DNA of 64,000 bases from an uncultured cyanobacterium (GCA_963740315.1 CAVUDP010000002.1:192001-256000), one strand, 5' to 3'. Positions 39,556-51,786 are shown, counted from the first letter of the stretch. Notes: generated by a model from the letters alone, not told the origin. Program-made: numbers and translations.

Positions 39556-42129
39556 TTAAGCGATAACGAAGTTTACCAACTTGCCAGGTACTACAATTAC
39601 TTTTTTAATGGTCTTATCTTCAATATGACGCTGAGCAACATCTGATTCGCGGGCGTACTTTTCCAATCCAGCTTTGTCCAATTGTGCTGGAACTTGTAAA
39701 TCGCCGCGTTTCTTACCATTAATTTGAATTACCAAAGTTATTTCCGAGGCAATTAGCGCTTCTGGCTCGTGTTTTAACCAGTCTGCGGTATGTACTGAAT
39801 TATCATTACCCAACAAATGCCATAATTCTTCGGTGATGTGAGGCGCGAAGGGTGCGAGCATCAAAATTAAAGTTTGAATTCCTTCTGCATAAACTGGTGA
39901 ATCTTTGCAGTTAGCGTCACTCAAGGCGTTACTTAATTTCATCAATTCGGAAATAGCAGTATTGAATTGATATTCACCGTCTACATCTTCGCCGACTTCT
40001 TTGATTGCAGTGTGAATTGCCCTTCGTAAATCTTTTTCTATTTTGGACTTGGGATTTTTTTCTTTAGATTTTTTGGACGATCGCGGATTATCTACAAATT
40101 CACTCACCAAGCGCCAAACTCGGTTAAGAAAGCGGAATTGTCCTTCAACATCAGCTTCATCCCATTCCAAATCTTTTTCGGGGGGTGCTTTGAATAGAAC
40201 AAACATCCGCGCCGTATCGACACCGTATTTAGCTATAACATCTTCCGGCGCGACACCATTACCCTTAGACTTGGACATGGTAGCGTATAGCTTTTGCAAA
40301 GATTCGCCGGTTTCAGGATCGCGAGGATCGGCAGGATTTACGCCCACAGAAGCAATCCACTTATCTTTACCATCCTTGTTGGGATTCATGTAAGTCAAAC
40401 CTTGTACCATACCTTGAGTTAACAAGTGTTGGAAGGGTTCGTCAAAATTGAGTAAACCGCGATCGCGCAATACCTTGGTAAAGAAGCGCGAATATAACAA
40501 GTGCAAAATTGCGTGTTCGATACCGCCGACATATTGATTAACCGGCATCCAATCGTTTACTTTCGCCGAATCAAACACTTGGCGATCGTTCTTGGCATCG
40601 GTAAACCGCAAGAAATACCACGAAGAATCAATAAAAGTATCCATCGTGTCAGTTTCCCGCTTGGCTGGTGTGGAGCAACTCGGACAAGGTACATTTACCC
40701 AGTCCAATTGTGCTAGCGGCGAACCACCACGCCCACTCAATTCCACATTTTGGGGTAGCTCTACGGGTAAATCTCGATCTGGTACTGGTACCGCACCACA
40801 ATTGGGACAGTGAACGATCGGAATCGGTGCCCCCCAATACCTCTGACGGGAAATCAGCCAATCACGCAAGCGATACTGTACCCGTGCTTTACCAAAACCT
40901 TGCTTTTGGGCATATTCCACAATTGCAAGTTTCGCATCAGCAGAAGGCATCCCGTTGAAAATGTCAGAATTAACGACAATTCCCGGTTCCGTATAAGCTT
41001 CTTGAGGAATTAGTACCACCTCAGCAGCATCGGCACGGGCAATAACAACCTTGATAGGTAAATCCTTTTCTGAGGCAAACTTAAAATCTCGCACGTCGTG
41101 TGCGGGTACACCCATCACAGCCCCGGTACCGTATTCGTAAAGCACGTAATCGGCAATCCAAATCGGAACCTCTTCCCCAGTAAACGGATTGATTGCCTTA
41201 CCACCCGTAGGAATCCCCCGTTTGGGCTTATCTTCGGCAGTACGTTCCAATTCGGTTTGATTGCTAACTTCGTTTATAAAAGCATCTACTGGCGATCGCT
41301 GCTCGGATGTTGTTACCTGCTTAGTCAAAGGATGTTCCGGTGCTAATACTACGTAGCTTACGCCATATACAGTATCCGGTCGCGTAGTATAAACGCCTAT
41401 TTTCTCATCCATTCCCACAATCGGAAATTCCAAATAAGCTCCTGTAGACTTACCAATCCAGTTAGCCTGCATTGTTTTAACGCGATCGGGCCATCCCGAT
41501 AGCTTCTCCAAGTCGTTTAACAATTCTTCAGCATAATCAGTAATTTTGAGGAACCACTGTCGTAATAATTTACGCTCTACTATGGCACCACTGCGCCAGG
41601 AACGACCTTCATTATCAACCTGTTCGTTCGCCAATACAGTTTGGTCTATGGGGTCCCAATTAACTGCTGCTTCTTTTTGGTAAGCTAAACCCGCTTGGAA
41701 AAACTGCAAAAATATCCACTGCGTCCACTTATAGTAATCCGGCGAACAAGTAGCAACTTCGCAATCCCAATCAATAGATAAGCCGAGACGTTTTAACTGG
41801 AAGCGCATTTGATCGATATTTTGATACGTCCACTTTGAGGGGGGTACTCCTCGGTTAATAGCAGCATTTTCCGCTGGTAAGCCAAAAGCATCCCAACCCA
41901 TAGGATGGAGTACCACGAACCCTTGCATTCGCTTGAGACGGGCAATCACATCAGTAATAGTGTAATTACGGACGTGACCCATGTGCAGGCTACCCGACGG
42001 GTAAGGAAACATGGCTAGCGTGTAAAATTTTGGCTTGTTACTATCTTCAGAAGTTTTATCTAAGCCAATTTCTAACCATTTATTTTGCCACTTTTGCTCA
42101 ATATCTGCTGGGTTGTATCGGGTATCCAC
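39556..42129 (-). CDS. leuS: Leucyl-tRNA synthetase
   Basis: MFPYPSG.LHMGH, TTRPDT editing domain, SRQRYWG, TMSKS. Confidence 0.98.
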   Translation of the reverse strand: MDTRYNPADIEQKWQNKWLEIGLDKTSEDSNKPKFYTLAMFPYPSGSLHMGHVRNYTITDVIARLKRMQGFVVLHPMGWDAFGLPAENAAINRGVPPSKWTYQNIDQMRFQLKRLGLSIDWDCEVATCSPDYYKWTQWIFLQFFQAGLAYQKEAAVNWDPIDQTVLANEQVDNEGRSWRSGAIVERKLLRQWFLKITDYAEELLNDLEKLSGWPDRVKTMQANWIGKSTGAYLEFPIVGMDEKIGVYTTRPDTVYGVSYVVLAPEHPLTKQVTTSEQRSPVDAFINEVSNQTELERTAEDKPKRGIPTGGKAINPFTGEEVPIWIADYVLYEYGTGAVMGVPAHDVRDFKFASEKDLPIKVVIARADAAEVVLIPQEAYTEPGIVVNSDIFNGMPSADAKLAIVEYAQKQGFGKARVQYRLRDWLISRQRYWGAPIPIVHCPNCGAVPVPDRDLPVELPQNVELSGRGGSPLAQLDWVNVPCPSCSTPAKRETDTMDTFIDSSWYFLRFTDAKNDRQVFDSAKVNDWMPVNQYVGGIEHAILHLLYSRFFTKVLRDRGLLNFDEPFQHLLTQGMVQGLTYMNPNKDGKDKWIASVGVNPADPRDPETGESLQKLYATMSKSKGNGVAPEDVIAKYGVDTARMFVLFKAPPEKDLEWDEADVEGQFRFLNRVWRLVSEFVDNPRSSKKSKEKNPKSKIEKDLRRAIHTAIKEVGEDVDGEYQFNTAISELMKLSNALSDANCKDSPVYAEGIQTLILMLAPFAPHITEELWHLLGNDNSVHTADWLKHEPEALIASEITLVIQINGKKRGDLQVPAQLDKAGLEKYARESDVAQRHIEDKTIKKVIVVPGKLVNFVIA

Positions 42130-42204
42130 CTAAAATACTCCTGTGCGACTGTAATCTCTGATGAACTATTGTAGATGCTGTTGGGGATGGAGGGATGAGG
42201 GGAT

Positions 42205-42261
42205 GGTAAGCCATTGCGTTGCGGAGGTTCCCTCCGTTGTAGCAAATGGCGCAACCCGAAG
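42205..42261 (+). repeat. 57-bp structured mini-element, simple copy
   Basis: GGTAAGCC...CGGAGGTTCCCTCCG...TGGCGCAACCCGAAG inside a purine-rich STRR tract. Relatives at 46311 and 53793. Confidence 0.85.
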
Positions 42262-42527
42262 GGGGAGATGGGGAGACAAGGGAGAGGGGGAGAGGGGGTA
42301 GAGTGGGTAGAGGGGGGAGAGGGGGAGACAAGGGGACAAGGAGACAAGGAGAATTTTAATCTTTAACCTTTTACTTTTGACCCTTGACCAAACAATTGTC
42401 AATTCGCAATTCGCAATGAGCCTGCGGCTCATTGCGAATGGGAACAGGCGAATTGTTTTGACCTTTATTAGGAATTCCCCATGCCCGATGCCCGATGCCC
42501 GATGCCCCATTCCCAATGCCCAACAAT

Positions 42528-42968
42528 ATGAGTAAACAAAAAAATTCTGGCTTGATACGTGTGTTTGTCTACGGTACACTCAAACCAGGTGAAGCTAACT
42601 ATGAATCCTACTGTGCTTTGATGGTGGTAAACGTAACGTCCGCTTGTGTTCGCGGTGAACTATATGCGCTTCCCCAAGGATACCCAGCAATGACTGTAGG
42701 AAATAATTTAGTTTACGGATATTTACTATCGTTTGCTACTGACGAAGTTTTAAGTCGTCTTGATGAACTTGAAGGCTACGATCCTCAAAGACTTAATTCC
42801 GAAAATCTCTACGATCGCAAACAAGTTGAAGTATTCGATCGAGAAAATAATTCTCTTGGTTTAGCTTGGGCTTATTTAATGAGTTTTGCTAAAGTCCACC
42901 AATTAAAAGGCACTCCGCAAACTGGTGGTTTGTGGAGTGGAAAAGAGATAAATAGTTCGGAGTTATGA
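42528..42968 (+). CDS. Gamma-glutamylcyclotransferase family protein
   Basis: VFVYGTLKPG, YPAM, LDELEG, AWAY. Start ATG 42528. Confidence 0.9.
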   Translation: MSKQKNSGLIRVFVYGTLKPGEANYESYCALMVVNVTSACVRGELYALPQGYPAMTVGNNLVYGYLLSFATDEVLSRLDELEGYDPQRLNSENLYDRKQVEVFDRENNSLGLAWAYLMSFAKVHQLKGTPQTGGLWSGKEINSSEL

Positions 42969-43093
42969 GGACGGAAGTTATGAATATAATTTGAAATTCA
43001 AAACCAATCGAATATTAATTTATTTTTTAGAAGCCCTTTAACTTTAATTCTTAGTTCTTAACTTCCATCCCGATAACTCACAATATAGATAGT

Positions 43094-43699
43094 TTAATTA
43101 ATCGACTTTTTAGAATCCCAACCGACTGGTTGCGTTTGATTCATTTGCTCTTCGGGCAAACTTTCCGCTGCTTTTGGTATTGGTATCGGTGGATTATTCA
43201 AAGCAACCATAGGTAACAATGCAATTTCATCCGAAGAAGTTTTTTGTGGTTGTTCTATAGATTGCTTCGCAAACTCTAACAACCCAGCTTGATTACCCGG
43301 AATTAAACTTGATAGCGAACCAATAACGCAAGCAGCAACGGCAGCACCTCCGAACATACAAACTATTTTGGTTCGACGGCGTAACCGTGCCATTACACTA
43401 TTAACTGTTTCTTCTATTGAATTGTCTGAGTGCGGTACTGGAAGATTCCGCAAGCCTTGCCGTACTGATAAAAGTCTTCTGTGCAAACTTTGTACAGAGG
43501 GATCGTTTGCTAACCACTCTTCTACTTGCCTGCGTTCGTCGGCAGTTACCTCACTGTCAAGGTAAGCACTCAGTAACTCGAAGCGATCGCGCTTCATCAT
43601 ATTCTTAGCACCCGTTAATTTATTGGTATTAGGGTCATTCCCATCCCGCAATTTTTGACCTTGCAAGCGGGAATCGTCAAAGTGATGTTCTGTATTCAT
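43094..43699 (-). CDS. sapG: Anti-sigma factor, SapG-like
   Basis: FELLSAYLDSEVTADERRQVEEWL anti-sigma domain plus TM; downstream of the ECF sigma gene. Confidence 0.8.
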   Translation of the reverse strand: MNTEHHFDDSRLQGQKLRDGNDPNTNKLTGAKNMMKRDRFELLSAYLDSEVTADERRQVEEWLANDPSVQSLHRRLLSVRQGLRNLPVPHSDNSIEETVNSVMARLRRRTKIVCMFGGAAVAACVIGSLSSLIPGNQAGLLEFAKQSIEQPQKTSSDEIALLPMVALNNPPIPIPKAAESLPEEQMNQTQPVGWDSKKSIN

Positions 43700-44019
43700 C
43701 TTAACATTATTACCAATTAATACACGGCTATATACAGCGGGCAAGCTTAAGAATTGACGAGAATTTGATCCCAACGGCGGACGCAAAATTACGGTTTTTA
43801 GTAAATGCTCAAAAATTTAACAGTTTGGTGGTTCTAGAGGAATATTTAAAATTACTATTTAGTATCCTCGTCTAAATTTTTATTTTAGGATTAAACAATT
43901 TGAGTGTCGTCAAATCTACATTTAGAATTCCACCAAACTGAATTCTAGATTTATTCTCGTTTTCTTCATTAATTGGAGAATTTTACTTTTAATATGAAAT
44001 GAAACTCAAAAAAAGCAAC

Positions 44020-44676
44020 TTAGATATCTACATAAGTTTGTAATTGAGCTTGCAGTCGGGATCTAGCTCTAGCAATTCTTGACTTAACGGTTCCTAAAGA
44101 AACACCAGTAATTTCGGCAATTTCTTCATATGCCAATCCTTCAATTTCTCGCAACACTATAGTGGTACGAAATACTTCGGGTAAATCGGCGATCGCTAAG
44201 CGCAATTGCTCGTAAAATTCTCTTGTTGTCAGTTCTTCTTCCGGTCCGGGAGTATCGCCAGCGATTTCCCAATCCATTTCTCCATCGTCTAAGGTACGGG
44301 GAGCATCAAGTGATAAAGGACTAACAACTCGCTTGCGTTTACGTAACTCGTCGTAAAACAAATTTGTAGCAATACGACTCAACCAACCTCGGAATTTACA
44401 GGGGTCTTGCAACCGACTAATATTGCGGAAAACTCGTATCCAAACTTCCTGAGCTAAATCTGCTCTATCGGACCAATCGGGTGCTAAGTGATATAAAACT
44501 CTATCCACTTGCGATTGATAGCGACGCATCAGTTCTGCGAAGGCAGTACGTTCGGGGCGTACACCAGTCTGACAGCGCAAAATCAAGTCATGGTTTGAAA
44601 GTTTATCAACTTCTACTGACGTTTCGGGGAACCTAGCATCGAGAGTGGACCAAGATGCAGCAATCGATTGACTCAT
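44020..44676 (-). CDS. sigG: ECF RNA polymerase sigma factor SigG
   Basis: DLAQEVWIRV, WLSRIATN, YEEIAEITGVSLGTVKSRIARAR. Confidence 0.92.
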   Translation of the reverse strand: MSQSIAASWSTLDARFPETSVEVDKLSNHDLILRCQTGVRPERTAFAELMRRYQSQVDRVLYHLAPDWSDRADLAQEVWIRVFRNISRLQDPCKFRGWLSRIATNLFYDELRKRKRVVSPLSLDAPRTLDDGEMDWEIAGDTPGPEEELTTREFYEQLRLAIADLPEVFRTTIVLREIEGLAYEEIAEITGVSLGTVKSRIARARSRLQAQLQTYVDI

Positions 44677-44708
44677 ATATCTTACTGGCTTTAAATCATC
44701 CCTATCTA

Positions 44709-44736
44709 TTAGACCCTACGACGCTTCGTTAGTTCC
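44709..44736 (-). promoter_or_regulatory. ECF-type autoregulatory promoter of sigG
   Basis: GGAACT-N16-GTCTAA on the minus strand, ~30 bp upstream of the sigG start. Confidence 0.7.
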
Positions 44737-45620
44737 CCTACAAAGTGACGGATTTACAACTGGAACAAATATGGCTGGTAAGTTTCAGTAAAATCACGGC
44801 TTTTTATTGGTCTTCAGAAATGGCTGCACTAACTGTTACAAGGGCGTTTTCACACCAATTATGCTTGTTAAAAGTCAGAATGGTTATCTAGTGCCAAAAT
44901 TATAATTGCCTATTTTATGTTCGTTTGACAATGAGTAGACTTGTATCCCGCTATACTAAACAAAATGATGTTAGTTGCTTGAAAGGCTAATTTTTTTTTA
45001 TCAAAAATTTCAGAATTAAACTCATAAACACGGTAAAAATAAATGAATCAGAATTTTAGCAAATTCATATAATTTTTATAAATGATAATATTCATGATTT
45101 TATAAAAAAGTTTGATAAATTTTGAGCAATAAGTATCGCTTTTGACAGTTGTTTAATAAACTACAAAATTTGATACATTTAAGTTTTTAGTAGCTAACAA
45201 AATTTTATTTTTGTAGCAGCCGGACTAAAATCTGAGGTTCTACATCCGTTTGTTTCGGATAAATACCCTCAGAATCGTTATGTAACGGTACTTGAACTTG
45301 CATAAACATATTCAAGGAAAATGTAATGCTTACTGCGAGTAATAATTTTTCTAACATGATTTCTCTCCCACCTTCCTACGTTAATGATTGGTAATACCAG
45401 TTATTAAGTTCCGGATATTAACCTATTCCCTGAAGTTTTTTTTGTACTATTAGTAATATTAAAAACCGGGATAGCCTTAGTTTGCCCGCAAATAAACGCT
45501 AAATTAGTAAACAAACCAATAAGAGTTTGTAAATGTTTGATGATATTAGTCCCAACTATGATTAGTTAAAAGGTTAATGAAGAGAAGCGTGTGTATGGGA
45601 GGCTTTCTGGAGGTACAAAA

Positions 45621-46283
45621 ATGGTACGAAATGATTCTTTAGCGCGTATAGTGATGTTACTCTGCTTCGGTACGGCAATTTTATCTTTAACCCTTCATTG
45701 GCGAATGAGTGATTCGATGCCAAAAACGGCTAAGAATCCAGATGTAGTTAGTAAAACCGTACCAGAAAATTTTTTCGCACGGCAAATTAGACGCTTTGCA
45801 TCTGTAGGAAAAAACGTAATGTCCGATTCGGCGACACCATCAAAGACACCAGCACTCTTCCCAGAGCAATCTTTATCGAGTCTAAATGCATCTCCCGAGA
45901 AAAAAGTTGTAGTTGATTTGAGCGATCGCCGAGTTTATGTGTATCGTCAAAATACGGTTATCGCTAGCTATCCGATTGGCGTAGGAAAAAAAGGTTGGGA
46001 AACACCTATAGGAACGTTTGAGGTGTTACATATGCGGAAGTACCCTGCATGGCAACATCCAATTACTGGCAAAGTGTTTGCAGCAGGAGCAAACAGTCCT
46101 TTAGGAGAACGTTGGATTGGTTTTTGGTCTGATGGACATAACGAAATTGGTTTTCACGGGACACCAGACTCGGGACTGGTAGGGAGTCCCGTATCTCACG
46201 GCTGTTTAAGAATGCGTAATCCCGACGTTCGCTTACTCTACGAACAATTAAGTTTGGGAGTTGCAGTGCAGGTGCGTAATTAA
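45621..46283 (+). CDS. L,D-transpeptidase (YkuD family)
   Basis: VVDLSDRR, ETPIG, GFHGT...SHGCLRM; GGAGG RBS before ATG 45621. Confidence 0.92.
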   Translation: MVRNDSLARIVMLLCFGTAILSLTLHWRMSDSMPKTAKNPDVVSKTVPENFFARQIRRFASVGKNVMSDSATPSKTPALFPEQSLSSLNASPEKKVVVDLSDRRVYVYRQNTVIASYPIGVGKKGWETPIGTFEVLHMRKYPAWQHPITGKVFAAGANSPLGERWIGFWSDGHNEIGFHGTPDSGLVGSPVSHGCLRMRNPDVRLLYEQLSLGVAVQVRN

Positions 46284-46310
46284 CTAATGGGTAATGGGGG
46301 ATGGGGAGAT

Positions 46311-46435
46311 GGTAAGCCACTGCGCCCTCGCGGGTTCCCCGACTTGTAGCAAGTGGCGCAACCCGTTACTCTAACGAGTCGTGCCGCGCTGAACACGCGT
46401 TCACCGCGCTTGTGCGGCGAGGGCGTGCGGCGAGC
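46311..46435 (+). repeat. Structured mini-element with nested inserts
   Basis: GGTAAGCC...AAGTGGCGCAACCCG followed by TTACTCTAACGAGTCGTGCCGCG...GCGTGCGGCGAGC. Confidence 0.8.
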
Positions 46436-46548
46436 GGGGGAGATGGGGAGAAGAATAACTAACTCTTAACTCTTAACTCTTAACTCTTAACTCTTAACTC
46501 CTAATTCCTAATTCCTAACTCTTAACTCTTAACTCTTAACTCCTAATT

Positions 46549-46599
46549 CCGGTGGTCCGGTGGTCCGGTGGTCCGGTGGTCCGGTGGTCCGGTGGTCCG
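46549..46599 (+). repeat. 8-bp tandem repeat (CCGGTGGT) x6
   Basis: Read directly. Confidence 0.9.
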
Positions 46600-46631
46600 T
46601 GAACCATGCCCCATCCCCCATACCTAACTTT

Positions 46632-47171
46632 TCAGCTTTTTTGCTCAAAGTTTGGTGCGTAAGCCTGAAGTAACGTACTAACTTGACGCAATACTTCGTT
46701 GCCACTGTTTTTACCAATCGCTTGACGTTCGGGGAAGAAGTTAGGTCTGTCTAAATAACGAGAAATTGCTTCTCCTACTTGTTGCGAAATAAATTCTTGA
46801 AGTTCAGTTTTCGCTCTCTGACGTTGATAGGTAGCACCTTCTTCAGTGGTAGCGTATAAGGGTGGAAGACGGTTGAGTGCGTAAGCAGCAATATCTCCTA
46901 CATCAAGGGAGCTTTCGCTAATTGCTTCAATTTCTGCTACTCGTGCGATCGCCTCCGTTAATACCAACTCTTCCATGACGTTAATGAATTGTTTGCGAGG
47001 TACCGCCACAACCTCACCAGTTAACAATGCCCCCATTAATCTATCTAGTGCCATGTACTCTTCGATAGAGAGTTCGGAGGCATTGTCGCAAATGCGCCCA
47101 ACTTCAGCTTCCATTGCTGGTGTTAGATAACCATCCTGGAGAGCTTGTTCTACAATTTTTTCGATACTCAT
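46632..47171 (-). CDS. cdgR: ComFB-domain protein, CdgR-like c-di-GMP receptor
   Basis: MSIEKIVEQALQDGYLT, NVMEELV, DIAAYALNRLPPLYAT. Start ATG 47171. Confidence 0.8.
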   Translation of the reverse strand: MSIEKIVEQALQDGYLTPAMEAEVGRICDNASELSIEEYMALDRLMGALLTGEVVAVPRKQFINVMEELVLTEAIARVAEIEAISESSLDVGDIAAYALNRLPPLYATTEEGATYQRQRAKTELQEFISQQVGEAISRYLDRPNFFPERQAIGKNSGNEVLRQVSTLLQAYAPNFEQKS

Positions 47172-47294
47172 AACGCTCATTTTATTATCAGCCACCCAAA
47201 GCTTGGTAGGACGGTACCAATTTAATTTATTACTTTTCCTGCTAATGGTAAATAATACACATTTTACTGACAAAAGTAACGAATAAAATCTTTA

Positions 47295-48200
47295 TTATTT
47301 AATTCCATCGTACCGCCAGGGCACTGGATCGACAGCTTGCCCGTTGACGTACAAACCCCAGTGTAAATGAGGACCTGTTGAAGCACCAGTGGAACCGATC
47401 CCGCCAATAAGTTGACCTGGTTTAACCATGTCGCCTTCTTTGACGTTGATACGATTCAGGTGCATAAAAATGCTAGTCACTCCTTGTCCGTGGTCAATGC
47501 CCACTACGTTACCGTGAACATTGAAACCCTGAGATACTGTACCTACTAAAGCAACCCGTCCAGCCGCTGGTGCAACTACGGGCGAACCATAGCCACCTGC
47601 GTAATCAACGCCACGATGGTAATAGTCATTTGCAAATTTACCATTATAGTAGCGACGTACACCATAAATTGCACTAATACGTGAATTATTTGGTCTGCGG
47701 AAAGAACCGTTCCAGTATTTTTGTGGGGTGACAAGTGCTTTGAAAGCTTTAACTCGATCGAGTTCGTATTGTGTCGCTTTTAAACCACCTTTACCACCGC
47801 GCAGAGTAATTCTTTGTGTAGGAAATTTACGATATTTTACCCATACAGCCAAATTTCGCGTTGTTCCATCACCTGAAACCTGAATTACTTTTCGTCCAGA
47901 TTTTTGTACTGGAGTAGTAGGAATTAAGGCACGATACTGATTTGGTGCAATTTGAAATACTGGGTAAGTTTCTCCGTTACTAGTCACACGTAAATTACCA
48001 CCATTAGCAGGGTTATCGGGAGTTACCATTACCGATATTGTGTCCCCTTGTTTGGGTGATGATGGATTTATTTGCACTTGTGCGGCTTCTGCTACGGAAG
48101 CAAAGGCAATTGGGATAGCGGTGGCAACACCTAACGCTATACCTTTAATCGTTGAAAGTGATCCATTTCCAAAATTAGCTACGTCTCGCTCGTTACTCAT
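47295..48200 (-). CDS. M23 family metallopeptidase
   Basis: HRGVD, STGPHLHW, signal peptide. Confidence 0.92.
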   Translation of the reverse strand: MSNERDVANFGNGSLSTIKGIALGVATAIPIAFASVAEAAQVQINPSSPKQGDTISVMVTPDNPANGGNLRVTSNGETYPVFQIAPNQYRALIPTTPVQKSGRKVIQVSGDGTTRNLAVWVKYRKFPTQRITLRGGKGGLKATQYELDRVKAFKALVTPQKYWNGSFRRPNNSRISAIYGVRRYYNGKFANDYYHRGVDYAGGYGSPVVAPAAGRVALVGTVSQGFNVHGNVVGIDHGQGVTSIFMHLNRINVKEGDMVKPGQLIGGIGSTGASTGPHLHWGLYVNGQAVDPVPWRYDGIK

Positions 48201-49412
48201 ATATCTATAAACACATTTATTGCCTCTGTTATAAAACAGACTAATGTATTATATGTAGTGTTTCTTGCTTACAACATTTTCTTGTTTTTGCATTTTTTTT
48301 TGTTAACTTGAATACATTTATATTCTATTTCTTCAGTTGTCAAGTACCAGCCAAAGATTAATTTTTGACGGCATTAAAAAATAAGCGGATCTTGGGTAAA
48401 TAATTGAAACAATCAGAATCGCAGCTGATTATAGTTAGATCGTGTCTTTATGTAACTGGTTTCTACCACAGGCTATCAACCATAAGAGTTGAAAAAAGTT
48501 GCGATCGCTATTTACGAGCTTCCATACCAAGAATTACAGTAGTTTATAGTAGTCATAGAATATACGAATGCAAGTAATTCATCGACTTAGCCATAGCTAA
48601 TATTGGAAGGACTAAAAAATTAGTCATACATTATTTCAACTGAAGTGTATTATTAGATTGTTACTTTTTTAAATTATCTTTTTAAAATATGGTAACTAAT
48701 TAATATTTTTTTGCGTACAAAAATAAAGAATTGCTTGGCTTAATAAATAAACCAAGCATAACAAATTAGGAATTTTCAGCTGGGAGAAGAAATTAATAAC
48801 TATAATATACCCTCAAGAAATAAAATTCTGTTCGTTAAGAACAAAAAAGATCGAACTGAGTTTAACAGCTTAATTAGCAATAGAAAAGATAGTGTAATCC
48901 ATAAAAAAGAAAATTAACAGAAATAAAATTTATATAAATAGTAATAATTAAATAATTGAATCATATTTTATATTGCTACCGTTCGGATTTTCAATTCCGA
49001 TATATTTAGATAAAGCAATAAGGTGCGATCGCATTCGTCTTATTTAAGAGAATTAAGGAGGTATTTTCAAATTATATTAATTAGTTTTTAGTATATTTTC
49101 AACATCTGAGTGCTTAAGATGCGAAGCAAATAATTATATTTTCAGCAAATTTAGTCAAAGCATAAATAGATTTCAATTTATTTAAAGATCCCAAACACAA
49201 TAAAAAATAATGTTTTCTTAAAAACACTCTTAATTGAGAAGAAAGGTTATTGTGCATTATTATGCATAGATTTTCTGTATTAGGTTACGAAATTAAACTT
49301 AGATGAATTGTAACTAATATTACTATTTTTGCCTCTTTAAACGCTTGCGGTAAACATTTCCGCAATGGTAGCGTCTAAGACTGTCATAGGAGTTTAACTG
49401 AATTTGCTAACA

Positions 49413-51428
49413 ATGAAACGCTCGCTATCTCTACTTACTCTTTGCTCAACCTTTCTTTCATTCTTTACCCCGCTATTTGTTGTCGCTGCACCACCAAGAA
49501 ACCCAGATAAAACTGTAAAATGTGACATCTTGGTTGTGGGTGGTGGACTATCCGGTATAGCTACAGCTTATGAAGGTTTACTTGCAGGAAAAGAAGTTTG
49601 TGTAACAGAAATAACTGATTGGATGGGAGGACAAATCTCCTCTCAAGGAACATCCGCACTTGATGAACGTCCTACTCAACGTCAAAAGTTATTCTATTCT
49701 CGCGGCTATTTAGACTTACGAAAACGCATTCGCCAAACCTATGGTGAACTTAACCCCGGCGACTGTTGGGTAAGTGATTCTTGTTTCCTTCCTCGCGACG
49801 GTCATAAAGTGTTAGTTTCGCTACTCAAAGATGCTCAAAGAAAAGGCAGAGGTAAACTGCAATGGTTTCCTAACACTGTTGTTAAAGAACTTGAAACTGC
49901 TAACAGTGGAAAAATAATTGATAGCGCCTATGCTATTCAACACACAGCCCTCATAGGTGCGCCTCCACTCAATACTTTTCCTTTATCTCAAACCATTGAA
50001 GAAGCATATACTTATCAAAACTCTTCGGGTTTAAATAAGTCTATTATCCGCTTTGTTCCCAAGCAAAGTAGTAATGGCAATGCTCCTAATTGGTATGTAG
50101 TAGATGCTAGCGAAACCGGCGAAATTATTGGGCTTGCGGATGTTCCCCATCGTCTAGGTATCGATCCACGTTCTTATCTAGAACCTTCTGCTTCGAGTGC
50201 TACAAATGACCCTTACTGCACTCAAGGCTTTACTTACACCTTTGCAATGGAGACTACGAAAGATCCTCAACAGCATGAGATGCCGAGCTTTTATCCGCAA
50301 TACTCTCCTTACTACAGCTATGAATTAAAACGCTTGGCTAGCTTCGAGTTAGTGCATACCTATCGTCGTATTTGGAGTCCTAAAAAGGGCGAACCGATGA
50401 AATTTGGCGGTATTAATTTCACTGCTCCTACGCCTGGGGACATTTCCATGCAAAACTGGACTTGGGGTAACGATTACCGTCCGGGAACCGCTGAAGATAA
50501 TCTGATTTATACCCGTGGGCAACTCCAAGCCAGCGGACAATTAGAACCCGGCAATTGGATGGGAGGACTCAGAACGGACGCTTTACGTAAAGGTGAGGAA
50601 ATTTCAAAAGGGTATTTTTACTGGTTGGTTAGGGGAACTACGGATTCTCAACTTGGTGAAGGTGTAAAGAAACTACATCCAAATCATCGCTATCTCAAAG
50701 GTTTAAACTCCCCGATGGGAACCGCACACGGTTTATCAAAATATCCGTATATGCGTGAAGGAAGGCGTATTATTGGTCGCCCCGGTTATGCACATCCTCA
50801 AGGTTTTGCCATCGAGGAAATTGATATTTCTCGCCGCGATTACACTGACGAATATTACCAAAAGACTTTACCTGCAAGAATGTATCGTCGGTTGAAAGCT
50901 TCTTTAGCGGGTTTAGAAGCAACATCGGTTCTTACTGGGCAGAAGCGTCCGGAAGACGTAGCACGGCGGACTCGTTCTACTATTTTCCCAGATGCGGTAG
51001 GTATTGGACATTACGCAATTGATTTTCATCCCTGCATGACAAAAAGTCCTCCTGAAGCGCCAGGAAATACCGAACGTGAAGGTGAAAGACGCGGTGCGGG
51101 ACAAGCTTATCCGTTCCAAATTGCACTTCGGGCAATGATTCCTCAGAAAATCGATAATTTATTAGTAGCTGGTAAAAGTATCGCTACCAGTCACATTGCT
51201 GCTGCTGCTTATCGCGTACATTCCTTTGAATGGTCTGCGGGAGCCGCTGCGGGAACTACAGCAGCTTTTGCACTCAAAAATAATATCGCACCTTATGAAT
51301 TAGTGGATGAATTACCATTACCCGAACCCCAGCTAATTAAATTACAACGCCTGTTAAAACAAAACAATAACCCGACTGCTTTCCCCGATACTTCAATTTT
51401 CAATGAAAATTGGGATGATTGGAAATAA
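49413..51428 (+). CDS. Exported FAD-dependent oxidoreductase
   Basis: Signal peptide, VVGGGLSG Rossmann motif, PYMREGRRI, NLLVAGKSI. Confidence 0.85.
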   Translation: MKRSLSLLTLCSTFLSFFTPLFVVAAPPRNPDKTVKCDILVVGGGLSGIATAYEGLLAGKEVCVTEITDWMGGQISSQGTSALDERPTQRQKLFYSRGYLDLRKRIRQTYGELNPGDCWVSDSCFLPRDGHKVLVSLLKDAQRKGRGKLQWFPNTVVKELETANSGKIIDSAYAIQHTALIGAPPLNTFPLSQTIEEAYTYQNSSGLNKSIIRFVPKQSSNGNAPNWYVVDASETGEIIGLADVPHRLGIDPRSYLEPSASSATNDPYCTQGFTYTFAMETTKDPQQHEMPSFYPQYSPYYSYELKRLASFELVHTYRRIWSPKKGEPMKFGGINFTAPTPGDISMQNWTWGNDYRPGTAEDNLIYTRGQLQASGQLEPGNWMGGLRTDALRKGEEISKGYFYWLVRGTTDSQLGEGVKKLHPNHRYLKGLNSPMGTAHGLSKYPYMREGRRIIGRPGYAHPQGFAIEEIDISRRDYTDEYYQKTLPARMYRRLKASLAGLEATSVLTGQKRPEDVARRTRSTIFPDAVGIGHYAIDFHPCMTKSPPEAPGNTEREGERRGAGQAYPFQIALRAMIPQKIDNLLVAGKSIATSHIAAAAYRVHSFEWSAGAAAGTTAAFALKNNIAPYELVDELPLPEPQLIKLQRLLKQNNNPTAFPDTSIFNENWDDWK

Positions 51429-51786
51429 GTAGGCAGTTATCAGTTAGCAGTTACCAGTTATCACCAGTTGAGTGCGATCGATCCGTTGCTAACGGGGAGT
51501 ATAGTAAAGTAATAGTTAACTAAGCTATTTCACATACAAGAAAGGACGGAGTATGGTGCCAAGTTCACAAAAAACTTGTCATCATAAGAGCGTGCAATCT
51601 CAGATGTAATATCAACTTATAATAGCTAAACTGATTTGTTCGCGCTATAAAAATGATAATTGATAATTGATAACTGATAACCACTCACTGCTAACAATGC
51701 ATTAAACTAATTATTTGTAATGTGTTTCTTATGAAAATCTGTAGTGAATTTTTATGTTAACTAAAGTAAACTCCAATTTTTATGGG

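Noticed and set aside
42072..42579. Several Pro/Ser-rich ORFs upstream of leuS (likewise 38724-39119, 53648-54165, 61187-61378, 17561-17901)
   Set aside because: They are translations of STRR tracts and dispersed repeats.
48201..49340. Long AT-rich gap that might hide a gene
   Set aside because: No ORF of 60 aa or more in the track and no clear structure; consistent with divergent promoter DNA.
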